From the NCBI RefSeq assembly GCF_032191835.1, contig NC_083227.1:167090001-167154000 (forward strand): 64,000 nt of DNA, written 5' to 3'. This document shows positions 1-12,029 of the stretch, one piece after another. The position numbers and the translations under genes are program-made. The notes below the pieces were generated by a model. The model searched no databases. It was not told where the DNA came from and worked only from the letters and a program-made list of their open reading frames with translations. This DNA comes from Heteronotia binoei (taxonomy: Eukaryota). Numbering within the stretch: the stretch's first letter is position 1; every line of letters begins with the position of its first letter.

Positions 1-3000
1 TATCAGAATTCCTGTCTTCTTCCAGACCATCTCCAACTTGGCTGCATTCTCTGCTAGGTGAGCAGGATTAATTCTACTGTTACATTCCCAGACGTTGTGG
101 CCTGGCTGTGCCCTTCCTACCTAGTATTCATGAGTGACCTACACAGCAAATAAACCTTCAGTAGCAAACTGCACTCAACTGTGCTGCCCACAAGCAGTCC
201 CTTTGAGTAGCAGTGTGTGTGTGGTTTTGAAACAGGCACGGACCAAGGACACCAGACTGACAAAAGTCCCCAATTTTGGAAGCAACTTCATCTCTGTTAG
301 CAAAGGCCATCTGTGATACACAGGGCCTAGTTAACAGAACACAGATTAAGCCTTCCTTTTGGCTTCTCAGACCTAGAAAAGAACTAGCCTCCCATCTTCC
401 TAAACCAGACAGACATTTTAGTTAGTCCAGGGAGGAAAGTATAATTCACAGTGTTTGTGTTTGTATAGAGTTGTCTGAACAGCCAAGCCACTATACCACT
501 TCTAGGACACGGAAAAAATGCTAGATTATCTCTTCCCTCCTCTGAATTCAGTAATCCCTTCTCTAAAATTAATTCACTGTTCAAATAAGTGGTTTGACCA
601 GAGGACTGACGGAACGTTTAGCACCAGCATCCGTACAGAAAAGAACAAACAGCAATGCGGACCCTGCCAGTTGCCTGGAGTTCCCTTCTAGCTCATATGC
701 GCAGTGGTAATTCCAAACCTTTAAAAACTCCTTGAGATGCATGTGTGCGGCAGCTCCAGATTTCTGCTTATTGTGGTGACTGTGCAGCTCCAAGTAGGCG
801 TAAACTGGGCAGATACCTGCTGGAGCCCAACCCTGGCAGTTGAGTGGATGCATCTATGAGAACTCCTGCTAAGTGCTCTTCAAGTGATTGACCCAGCATG
901 GCAGCCTCTGATATTGACTCTGAGGCTAGGCATCAGGTCAGACCTTCTTTATTTGACATGCAAGAGTTTGTGGCAAGCCAGAACTATTCGGGTCTGATGA
1001 GGATGGTAGCTGTCAAGAAGGGATAAAACTAAATTATGAGCTAAGGCTCATATACTCTGTGGCATTATTATACCTAGGCTCTAACCTCCAAAACCAGATA
1101 TTTCCCAACCCCAAGACAGCAACTCTAAACTCAAAACAAGTGAAGTTGTTTATGTTTGCATGACAGAATCTATTGGCATAAACTCGTACAGCTTGATCTG
1201 TACAAGCCTTGGGACTGGATGGGCCATATCCCACTAGTTGTTTCAACCACAACCACACCCAGAAATCTTTGCTCCTGGCTGTTTGCTTTAGCTTTTGAAG
1301 TCCCTCTTGAAACAAAAGCTTATCCAGACTCAGTCACTCATTGTCCCAATAACGTGCTTTTCACAATGTAGTGTTTCGTTCTGTCATCAGCTGGTTTGTC
1401 TCCTCTAGCAACTTGTCCTTGGGCCTTGTAGCAGCTGACATCACAGCATAACGGATGAGCAACTGCTTGAGGGAAGCTATGCGCGACTGTAACATCTGCT
1501 TGTAAGGTGGAGCCAACACAATTTACTTCAAAAAGAAAACCATGACCAGTACCTGGGTGAAATGTGTGGGCAAAATCATTCTTCAGCAGCATACCCATTG
1601 ATGCAAGAGTTAATCAATACAGATACAAAGAAAGATCTTGGGCGTGCTCTACAAGGACTTTGTGTGTTCAGGGTGGCATGGGTACAGGGCTTCTGTATTG
1701 TCAAATCCTTAAAGTTTGCAGAGAAAATCACTGGCATAGAAGGACCATTGCTTAGATCCAGTTATGCTGCTTTGATCTTTGGTGATGTTGAAGAAAAAAA
1801 GAAACACTTTCTTTTTTCCACAGCATTTCACAATGGGAAGATGATGCTATTCAGATTAAAATGCTGTGCCTTACACTTACACAATATATTCTAAAACTGA
1901 TCTACATATATCAGAAACTGATTTCTCCAAAACCTTAATTGGCTCTAATTATTAAAAAAAAAAATCCAGGCAATTTTGCATTTCAGATTGTCAGATTTGG
2001 GGGGGGGGGGGGGGCACATCACAAACAAAATGCATTAACAGCCAGCAGTTACTACTGATAAGCTGTTTTACTTAATGGGAAAACTGCATTTTCCTTTGAA
2101 AAGTATAGTCTCCTGTGGCTATACCAGGCTTTTGGATGCTTGACTGAGCAGCTAATGCTAATGAGTTCTTCAGCCCCTTACTGGGGCAGACTTGAGTTCC
2201 AGACAGTGCCAGAAAGCAACTTACATAACCCCTGGGTGCCTGTCTGAGCCCTTCCACGCACACACACAGCAGCACACCCATCCACCCACCCCTGCAAGAT
2301 TGTGCGTTTCATAATCAAGTAGTGCAAATGCTAAGGCCAATCAGTTCTGGGAGAGGGAAGGAGTCGCAATTCTGTGGAGAACAGAGGTGAATCTTGCCAA
2401 ACACAGATGTTACCAAAAATGGAGTTCTACTCCTTGCCTAGAAATTGAAAACACAAATGTTGAACAAACTTATCCTTGCCTTTGTGTATCCTTCTCCATC
2501 TAAAAGACAAAAACAGGAACAATTGCTTTAACTTTTCCAGGGGAGTAGTAAGTGACAAGATAAGGCATCTTCCAAAGGATCTCAGGTTTGCATCAAGTTG
2601 TTAAGACAAAGCTACTCTACTACCTTTTGGTAGACTTTCTTTTATTTCTCAGATGTCTACAGTACCATTTACAAAGCATTGTTGGCTTGAGAAGCTTGGC
2701 CCTGTGCCCTATTTCTGAATGAAAAGGGTCATATTAGATCAGCATCTCAATATAAATAGTTCCGGTGAAATTCAGGATTGTACTGTCAGTTATGCAACAG
2801 GTTTGCCAAAGTATAATCTCTGTACCAGTCCACATATTTCACTCCATCTTTAAACATACTGCAATTAAAGTTTTTATTATTGTCCCTTGCTATCCTCTCT
2901 AAACTTAGCCTGGTATAAAGGACTTTTATAAGAATAAATACACATATGCTAGGGTGGGAGGTGATGGATGGGAAAAGGTCCAGCCTTTTTCCTGCAAGTC

Positions 3001-4230
3001 ACCTATCCCGTGTGAATGGCTGAAAAAAAAAAACAAATAGGAAGGGAATGTGAGAGAAAATTCTGTTACTGTCAGCTCAGCAGAAGTTTGTGCTTACAGA
3101 AGGGGTAGGCTCAAAATCCTCTCTCAGAATACTTTGGATACCCAAGGCTGTATTTTTGAGAAGCAGAATCACATAGTGAATGCTTTAGGAAGAGAATATA
3201 TCTGTCTCAGAGTCTATTTTCTGAGGGAAATTGGCTACAGATTTGTGGTTTCTGTGAGGAGCTCACGTCTACCCTGTGAGAATTTGGAGACTAAGGGAAG
3301 GCCAATGTTCACCTCAAGAATAAAAAGTCTGGCTAACTAAAATTTTATTGTTTAGTACGCCCAGCAAAAGCTATGTGTTACCTATATAGTTTTAAGTCTC
3401 TTTACTCAACATCTTCATTTCCTCTATCACTGGTAGTGAATAAAAGTTTTTAAAACCCAGTTTACCTGATGTCTCATGAAATAACTGCATTGAGAGAACT
3501 ACATGGGTTCAGTCTGTCAGGAGATATTTCAACAGGAAAACTGGGGTGCTGCAAACTAAGAAAACACGTTTATTTCTAGATCTAAAACAGGCCTCTAAAT
3601 TAACACATCAAGACCCTACAATCCTACAGATGACAGAAAAAGGAGATGGGAGAGGTAACACATTTCTACTCTGGTGATATCTGGTCAGAGCAAATGGTAG
3701 ACTAGAAATCAAGATCCTGACCCCTGCCTCTCAAATTACTGTCACAGAAGCAAGAGTCCATGCAGAGGGACACAATGTTGATTTGCACGTTTGCTTTATG
3801 CTAGGAATCCTGCAAACATAAGAAAACTTGGGCCCTAGCCTGCTGCTGTTCAACTTTTCCCCTTGGCTGTGGGCCTGAGAGAGATCCTGTTGGCAGCAGT
3901 TAAGAGCTGCCTGGATGATATATCTCTTAAATGGGCTGCAGATGTCTTTGTCATAAGTCATTCCTTCCCTGTCCCCTTCTTTGCTAATTAGATGTGCCCA
4001 GCTCTGTACCATTTTTGCAAATATTGATTCACTTAAGTAAAAGTAACTCCTGAGATCCTTCATTCAGGAGCCTGAATAATATATCAGCTGAATTACTTTC
4101 ATAGTGTATTACAAATTCACACACAGAAATGCTGCAGTTCTAAAAACACTGAGGAAAGTTTTTGAGGTCAAACCCAAACAGCTGATCTGTGAAAAATTCA
4201 CCTGTTGCCTGTAATTTGTAAAATGTAGTG

Positions 4231-4693
4231 TGTAAATATCACCTGAAACTCACTTGATACTCAGTAAATATTCATTGCACAAGTAGCCTATCAACCACAC
4301 ATACCTAGTGCATCAGGTTCCAAACTGTGACTTCCTTTTCACTTCCATTCAGAACAATGGTTGTTGGCTTCCCAGCTCTCTTGTTCTGAACAGTACCTTG
4401 CCAACTACCTCTCACTCTAGAAATGTACAACTGCAAGGCAACAGTGCACTGAAAGATGATAGAGCACTTTTCTCCCCTCCCTGCTTGTCCTATATCAGAA
4501 CTGGGCTGAAAGAAACATATGTCAGGCAACGGGACACAGTGATGCATCAGGGAACAGGGTAAAATTTAACTCCCCTCCTCTGTGTTTTTCGCAAAAAAAA
4601 AATCACCCCCCCCGCTCATAAACAGGGCAAAAAGGAAAAATGTAATTTGTAAATATCACCTGAAACTCACTTGATACTCCGTAAATATTCATT
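4231..4693. repeat. 46 bp dispersed direct repeat (4231-4276 and 4648-4693, one mismatch)
   Basis: TGTAAATATCACCTGAAACTCACTTGATACTC(A/C)GTAAATATTCATT occurs twice, 417 bp apart. Confidence 0.85.
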
Positions 4694-5491
4694 CTCACCT
4701 AACTATACACCCTGTATAAATCCTATTTATTTTCTGAAGAGCAAATTTCTCCATTTAATTAGAAAGAGGGCTGCAGATATAATACTTTATTGTATTAATG
4801 TGCTTCTAAGCTCTCTCTCACACATTCATCTTCACACTGGAAACAGTAACAGGAGATATTGCCATCAACTACCATGCAGAGTTGCTAGATCCTTACGTAT
4901 CAGTTTATAGCTTGAATTATAACAAAATTGATGGTTTGTAGGATGGATTTCTTAGCAGACCCGTCAGTTACGGGATCAGAACTATATTCTTGCTGAGGTG
5001 TTCATCTTTTGTCTCCAACAGATCTAATAGCCTTGGAGAGAGAAAGTACTATTTTTCTCCCTGTGCTGTTTCCATATAGGAAACTCCTCCTGTTCCGCTC
5101 CAAGTTATACCATAGGTGCTTTTAAATTAAAGACTGCAGAAGATCTGACCACAGGCCTCTCATATTGCATTTACTGAAGATATATGGAACTTGGAAAACC
5201 TTGTATAGCTCCTGAAAAGTCGGGGACTCGTGATGATTACAAATCCACATTTCTGATCGACTTCTGGGGAAAGCTGAAAAGAAACCAAAGGCATCTCCGT
5301 TCTTCATGCTTCCCTAGCCTTAGGAAAACAAAGCTTTCAAGCAGACGTCCAAAGATGCTTTAAGCTTTCCCTACAACAAAAGGACCCCCTACGGCACTCC
5401 CATATGTCCTCCAAACTCTGCTGAGATCTCCCACCAGAAGTGAAAACTATGACCTGGCTGAAGGACAGCAGCAAATTAGTTTCCCTTACTG

Positions 5492-5497
5492 TTTATT
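5492..5497 (-). terminator. candidate GET3 polyadenylation signal (AATAAA on minus)
   Basis: TTTATT on plus, ~420 nt downstream of the stop. It is the nearest canonical hexamer I noticed; no transcript evidence. Confidence 0.35.
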
Positions 5498-5913
5498 TAA
5501 ATACCACCCATTAGGATTGATGGCTTTGGGGTAAACAGTGACAGTCTTTTACCAAAGCTCCTGACTGGAACCTCAACCAAAAAAGGCCTTAGTCCCAGGA
5601 GATGATCAAAAGGAGAAGCTGGAGTGACAGACAGAAAATATGACCCATGTTTAAAACAGCTAGCTGGTCAGTGAGAGATAAAGATGCGATGCTGTGGCTG
5701 GGTTGAGGATGTCCCATGAAGTATCAGCATGACAGGAGAGAAAAGTAGGACCTCCAAATCCTACCTCTTCCAACCCCACCACAAGCCCATCAATCAACTG
5801 CAAGACGCAAATGAGGCTACTGGAAGGGGAGGAATCCCAGCAGGTCAGGGGTGAGGGAAGGGCACACATGGAATGGTTGACAGGGGAGTTAATGGGAGCC
5901 AGTCCACAAGGCT

Positions 5914-6045
5914 TCATTTTGCGCTAGGCGGCTTGTAGGGCTCCAGGAGCAGAGTTGAGAAAGTGTTGACTTTGTCAGCTCCTCGGACTTCATGGGGCAG
6001 AAGTGGCAGCTTTACAATGTGGAAATCTTCATAGAGGTCTTCCAT
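5914..6045 (-). CDS. GET3: GET3 coding exon 7 (stop)
   Basis: Polypyrimidine-CAG acceptor. [43 protein letters not shown]. The seven exons sum to 1047 nt = 348 aa + stop. Confidence 0.97.
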   Translation of the reverse strand: MEDLYEDFHIVKLPLLPHEVRGADKVNTFSTLLLEPYKPPSAK

Positions 6046-6904
6046 CTGGGGAGGGAAAGAACAGGATAGTCACAGGAGCACCGAAGCACTGCACCCCTAA
6101 AGATGCTTATATCCTATTTCTGCTTAGCTCAAGGCAGCTCACAGTTATGACTGGTCAAACTACTTGCACACAACAGTTAAAGAGAATACAAATCCACACA
6201 GAAAAATCACAAAGGCAGAACATGCTCACTGACAAGGAGTACAGGTAGCACAAGGCTGAGAAAGGCAGAGATGATCCTTCAGATATTACCAATTCATGAA
6301 CAGCTTTAAAAAAATCTCAAAACCAGAAGCAAAAAGGAAGCCACCTGCAAGTGCTTCAAGACTGGTGTTATGCACGCACAGCAGCTAAATCTTGTAAGCA
6401 AGTAGGCAGCCAGCTACCTTCTGCACTCACTGAAGCTTCTGGTCTTCTTCAAGGGCAACCCAATAAATCTAGTGATAGGACTGCAGTGTGCTGCAATAAT
6501 CCAGTCTACAGTACCATGGTCCAAAGTAGGAAAGTCAGCAGCATTTCAAAGGGAGGACTTTCTGAAACAAATGTAGGTGAAAACACCTTCCTAGTAGCGC
6601 CAGCCTTTTTAAAAAAATTAAATAGGCTGGATCCAAGTGCACTCTAAAACTCTTCATGTGACCTGATAATAGTAACTTCATTATTATCCAAAGTTAGTAA
6701 AAGAATCCCCTCCAAAACATCTGTTTTCTCAACCAGTATTACCTCCACCTTATCTGGATTTGGTTTTGGCTTGTGCCCCTCCACTTGACTGCTGCTTTGG
6801 GACACTGGTTTAGGACTGAGAACTGCTTTCAGGGGCTTAACAAATAGCATAAATAACTAGAGGTTATTAGCATGTTGAGGGCACCCACCTTCAATGGTGC
6901 AGTT

Positions 6905-7270
6905 GGCCTCATTTAGTAGTTTGACATAAAAGCTGAAAATCACTGGTGAGAGTACTGGGAGATGACTCCACGGTAAATGTCCATATCCTCTAGGACCGAA
7001 ATGACCCAAAATGTCCCTGAAAATCCCATCTCCTTTTCCAAGTGTCTCAACAAAACTGAATTATCCGGAGTGTCCAAAGCCACTGACAGATCAAGAAGAA
7101 TCAAGACTAAGGCACAGCTTGAATCCCACTGCAAGTAAGTATTATCCACAGCAATCAAAGCCGCCCTTGTTCTAGAACCAGGCTTGAAACCCAAGTGAAA
7201 TCGGTCAAGACCAAAGGAGTCATTCGAGTAAACCCAACACTGTTTTGTTGCCACCTGCTACACGATTTGA
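6905..7270 (-). mobile_element. LINE-2-like RT fragment
   Basis: GFKPGSRTRAALIAVDN...LILLDLSVALDT.DNSVLLRHL resembles L2 RT domains 2-3. Confidence 0.65.
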
Positions 7271-7469
7271 CCCAAGAAAGAAAGAATGGATATAGGTCTA
7301 TAGGGGACCAAATCTTTTCTTTCAAGAAAAAAAAAATCAATAGAGTCTTAGGCATGGGGCTTTCACAGTGGAACAGGGGTGCAACGGCAGTTGCTCCTGT
7401 TTCTTCTGTGTGCTCTGAAGTTCTTCCCGCTAATACAGCAGCAAGAGGCGACCACTAATACAGCAGCAA

Positions 7470-10240
7470 GAGGCGAACGCTTGATTGCTTGCCTTTCTTT
7501 TCTTTAACAAGCTTTTGATCTATCACCCCTCTATCTCAAGCATGACAAATCTGCAACGCAAGTAAGTTTGCTTTCAATTGCCAAGGGCTAATGGATCCTT
7601 TTTACATTCTAATGACTTAGTAGTTCAAAGGAAGGGAAAGAGATCGATATCTCTAATTTTCCTGTGAATGAAGCTGTGTAAAGTCAAAGAACATCTTTAA
7701 ATACTGGAAACAATTTAAATTAATCGGAATATGGACATTTAAATCGAGCAAGATCATAATTGGATATTTGTTAAAGAGACTATTATTTGACTGCAATACA
7801 GTCTGAACAAAATGAGATACCTGTTAGAGGGATTTTTCCTTGTTGTCTGATCTGAAATTCATACATTAACATCTAAAACTTCAGTTGGAGGAGACTGAGA
7901 AGGACGGGCTATCTAGGACTCTGAGCTACTTTTTAATCAGGATTAATGGACTGAGTTCGCTGACAGAGAAAAATGGCTTTGCTAAGCAAAATTTCTTATA
8001 AAAAAGACATTTTGAGCAGTTTAAAATCTCTGAAGCAAGATCTTGGTTTATTGGCTGACTTGGTTAAGAAGCAAATGGCAGCTTTTTTGCTGAAAACTAG
8101 CGGAACCTCAAATCTACATGAGCAGAGTGCTAAAGAGAACCTGGTGATGCCTGTGGAATCAAAATGGGAGACTGAGAAGTTGGGAAATCAATAAAAGAAA
8201 ATTAAATTGGAATCTTGTGGCGCACTTTAAAAAGAGGACCGGAAATAGAGACTGACTCAAGCTAGTTGAGAGGAACAAAGGCTGTGGAATTTTTCTCATC
8301 TCCTTTGAGAAGGATGACTGCATTAAGTAGTAAGAAGATGCATTTGTGGAAATCTTTCAGAAAGAAGAGTCTCCTGAACTAGATTTTTCTCAGTGGATAG
8401 CTGGACATGGATTTTGTAAGAAATTCCGACATGTGAAATTAGAAGGCTAAGTGAGACTTCTTTTATTTTGTTTTTGTTTGTTTTGGGCTATAATAAGCTG
8501 TCTTGTTTAAAACAATATGGATTTAAAAGGGCTAAAAAGTGTTTGAAAAGAATTTTATGTAAAAAGTTATTTTAGATTAATTTTTAAGAAGGCAGATAAC
8601 GTAATTTCCTGACAAATTGCTGAACTTGTTTTTTAATAGATAATATTAGTTTCTATGTTTGTTATAGATATGGGTAAATTCTACAAGTTAATCTATAACT
8701 CAGGAGATAAATTTCTTTTTAGCAAAGAAGGGTTTTCTGAAATGTTTTTATCTTGGATAGTTGGGTAGATAACTCTCAATAAGAACAGGTTTGAGACTTT
8801 CATTTTTGGGTCATAAAAAGTTGTTTGCTCTAGGCCAATAGGGATACAAGAGGTGCATTAATTGTTAAAAAAGGCAGACAACACAGATGTTATGAAAACT
8901 GCTAGATTTGTTTTTTTAATAATGTCCCCCAGGAGAAACTGTTTATATTGAAATAGACATAATACCAGGTTGTAGTTCTTTTTAGTTTTTTTTTAAGGAT
9001 AAAGATATGAATTTTTCGTGTCTCTGTTAATGATAGTGATAAACCAACAAATTAGTTTGTGTTAGTGAGTGGGCGTCAACGTGGCAGATGCGGTTCAATG
9101 TGGCCAAGTGCAAAGTAATGCACATTGGGGCCAAGAATCCCAGCTACAAATACAAGTTGATGGGGTGTGAACTGGCAGAGACTGACCAAGAGAGAGATCT
9201 TGGGGTCGTGGTGGATAACTCACTGAAAATGTCAAGACAGTGTGCGTCTGCAATAAAAAAGGCCAACGCCATGCTGGGAATTATTAGGAAGGGAATTGAA
9301 AACAAATCAGCCAGTATCATAATGCCCCTGTATAAATCGATGGTGCGGTCTCATTTGGAGTACTGTGTGCACCTCAAAAGGATATTATAGCGTTGGAGAA
9401 AGTCCAGAGAAGGGCAACTAGAATGATTAAAGGGCTGGAGCACTTTCCCTATGAAGAAAGGTTGAAACGCTTGGGACTCTTTAGCTTGGACAAACGTTGA
9501 CTGAGGGGTGACATGATAGAGGTTTACAAGATAATGCATGGGATGGAGAAAGTAGAGAAAGAAGTACTTTTCTCCCTTTCTCACAATACAAGAACTCGTG
9601 GGCATTCGATGAAATTGCTGAGCAGAAAGGTTAAAACGGATAAAAGGAAGTACTTCTTCACCCAAAGGGTGATTAACATGTGGAATTCACTGCCACAGGA
9701 GGTGGTGGCGGCCACAAGTATAGCCACCTTCAAGAAGGGTTTAGATAAAAATATGGAGCACAGGTCCATCAGTGGCTATAAGCCACAGTGTATGTGTGTA
9801 TATAAAATTTTTTGCCACTGTGTGACACAGAGTGTTGGACTTGATGGGCCGTTGGCCTGATCCAACATGGCTTCTCTTATGTTCTTATGTTTTTTAACAA
9901 GATTAAGCCAAAGTAGTTAGTTTCGTGCTGAGACTCCTCTGACTTGTTCATATTTGTGTGTGTTGAAAAACGGTTTAGACTTGTATTGCAAATAATAGCT
10001 TGGTAAAAATGTTTTATAACGGAAGATAAAGATGGCAAAATATATGGAGAATTTTATACTTGCAGGTAGAACAAATTGGATATTTTATTTGGAGGTAGAT
10101 TTAAAATTGATATATTTGTATTTTTCCTTCCCCCCCCCCGCCTTTCCCATTCTGTATATGCCCTCCCCCCTCTTTTTTTTTGTATCTGTGCGTATGCTTT
10201 TTCTTTTGTAGTTAAAACCAATAAAAATTACAAAAATCGA
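7470..10240 (+). mobile_element. old, heavily decayed L1-like element (split by the CR1 at 9063-9889)
   Basis: AT-rich degenerate ORF-like sequence and a pyrimidine-rich 3' end with AATAAA + A-run at ~10220. No clean diagnostic motif. Confidence 0.4.
9063..9889 (+). mobile_element. CR1 LINE 3' fragment
   Basis: WQMRFNVAKCKVMHIG...RGDMIEVYKIMHG...FFTQRVINMWNSLP; (TTCTTATG)n tail. Confidence 0.93.
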
Positions 10241-11210
10241 GTGGGGGGAAGCTTGGTCTAGTTCCCTTTACTTTGACGCAGTGCACACACTTCTCTGCAT
10301 CAGCACATTTGGTCATTAATACTCCTTTTGTTAAATTCTTGCTTTCAAGTTGTCTTACTGCATAATTGTCTCTGTGACCCAACCTTATTTGCCACAATCG
10401 GTTACAATTCCTGCAATTACACTGCTTTGCAAAGTTTATTTTCTTTACGTGACACTGGAGTGAGTGAAATCCTCACTTCTATCGCCAGTGCAATTAATTC
10501 ACCTGTGTCTCTGATAAAAACATTTATCTCCAACAATGACTTTTATTCCTTTCTTTGCCATTACTTTTACAGAGATAGGATTATTCTCCAACCTTGAGAC
10601 ATAACAAACAATCTGTAACAAGGGCTTTTTGATTTTCACCATTTGGAAGCTTGCAATGTAACGTCCCAGAGCCAATGCTTTCAGCCCAGATTTCCATCTG
10701 CAATATGCAATTTTGTGTTCCTTTGTGACACTAAGAAGTTTTTCTTTGTTGGTTGTTCATTAAGGAAGCTTTTCGGCTTCCCTCTCACTTTCGGGGAAAA
10801 CTTTTTTCTCTGAGTAATATCTGAGGTCACTACTCACTTGATATGTCCTGGTTTGCTGCAAGAATAGTAAATTAACCTGCCTTTGTTATTCAGAGCTATT
10901 TGACCCAGTCTCAGGTCTTTTATGTTTTCTTCTAGCTTCCTCCTCCTTTAGCTGACCAATAATTTACTTCAGGGATAAGTGATGTTTAGCTACTATTACA
11001 TGGATCACATTTTCATAGGATTCTGATAGGCTGATTAGAAGTAAAATGAACCTACCCTGATCTAGAATTTCCTTTTCTACAGCTCTCAATAGTTGAACTA
11101 AATTCAGCATGTCATCCAAGTGATTTCTCAAGTTATCATTCTCTTTCATTCTTCAATTGAACCTGTGTTTCTGAATATACATGTGACACTTTAGGGAAGA
11201 TCTAATATGT
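10240..11210 (-). mobile_element. decayed LINE ORF1-like fragment
   Basis: Coiled-coil-like, K/E-rich broken frame on minus (e.g. 10964-11149). Family assignment tentative. Confidence 0.3.
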
Positions 11211-11217
11211 AGTCTTT

Positions 11218-11415
11218 AGCGGGGCTTTTACTGCAGGGAAAGCCCCGCAGGAACTCATTTGCATAGTAGGCCACACCCCCAACATCACCATTTTTTCACA
11301 CAGGGTTTTTTTTGTAGAAAAAGCCCAGAAGACACATTTGCATATTAGGCCACACCACCCGACACCAAGCCAGCTGAAACTGCATTCTTATACGTTCCTG
11401 CATAAAAAAAGGGAC
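11218..11415. mobile_element. MITE-like element with an internal dimer containing ATTTGCAT
   Basis: Co-linear with 43401-43590 (AAAAGCCC..CAGGAACTCATTTGCATA.TAGGCCACACC occurs twice per copy). Confidence 0.6.
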
Positions 11416-11525
11416 GGTCTTTAGGATTCCTCTCACATCTCTTTGGCAGTTTGCATATTAAGGACCCCTTCATAGCTGATCATCTCAGGTGGGTCGCCAT
11501 GTTGGTTTGAAGCAGAACAGCCCAG

Positions 11526-12029
11526 TGGCACCTTTTGAGCGCAACGAAGTTTTATTCTCGGTATAAGCTTTTGTGTAAAAGCTTGCAATTGGTAAGACCT
11601 GTGAACAGCAGCAGATTAGCATAGAGCATAATAAAAGTTTACAAACAGATGTGAGAACTGAATGACATGAGCATGTGCAGAACTGTTAAACGCCGGGAGT
11701 TCCATTGCACTGAGTGTTGTAATAACTTGTAACTCAGGAATCTCCCACTTCAGTTTGTTTCTGAAATTCTTTTGCAATAGAACAGCTACTTTGAGGTCCC
11801 CCGTTGAGTTATCTGGGAGGTTGAAGTGATCTCTTACAGATTTCTCAGAATCACAAAACTGAGAAATCTGTAGGAGAATACTTCAACCTCCCAGGAGACT
11901 CAATGGGGGAATCTCAAAGTAGCTGTTTTATTGCAAAAGAATTTCAGAAACAGACTAAAATGGGAGATTGCTGAGATGCACACAAAAGCTTATACCCAGA
12001 ATAAAACTTAGTTAGTCTTAAAGGTGCCA
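11526..12029. mobile_element. fold-back Penelope-like 3' fragment (head-to-head inverted)
   Basis: Inner arms ~11739-11848 / 11859-11969 around a 10 nt loop; outer arms 11526-11576 / 11980-12029. The right arm reads VGEYFNLPGDSM...IAKEFQKQTK, resembling a PLE GIY-YIG C-terminus; the terminus AAGCTTATACC..AATAAAACTT.GTTAGTCTT.AAGGTGCCA is typical of reptile Penelope pLTRs. Confidence 0.7.

Noticed and set aside
26-57. Possible 32 nt micro-exon on plus (TCTTCTTCCAG|...AG|GTGAGC)
   Set aside because: The splice signals look good, but I could find no partner exon or recognisable peptide in the window, so it cannot be supported.
130-1640. Faint bestrophin-like words on plus (VTYTA...VAN at ~134; DWMGHIPLV...AYP at ~1213), prompted by BEST2 neighbouring GET3 in human
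   Set aside because: The similarity does not extend (no WRGSIYK, RFP or NPFGEDDDDFE motifs), the strand is opposite to the mammalian arrangement, and there is no exon structure. It is probably chance; a tblastn with BEST1-4 would settle it.
3049-3477. Possible solo LTR (AATAAA near the 3' end, TG..CA-like ends)
   Set aside because: No convincing terminal inverted repeat or TSD could be identified.
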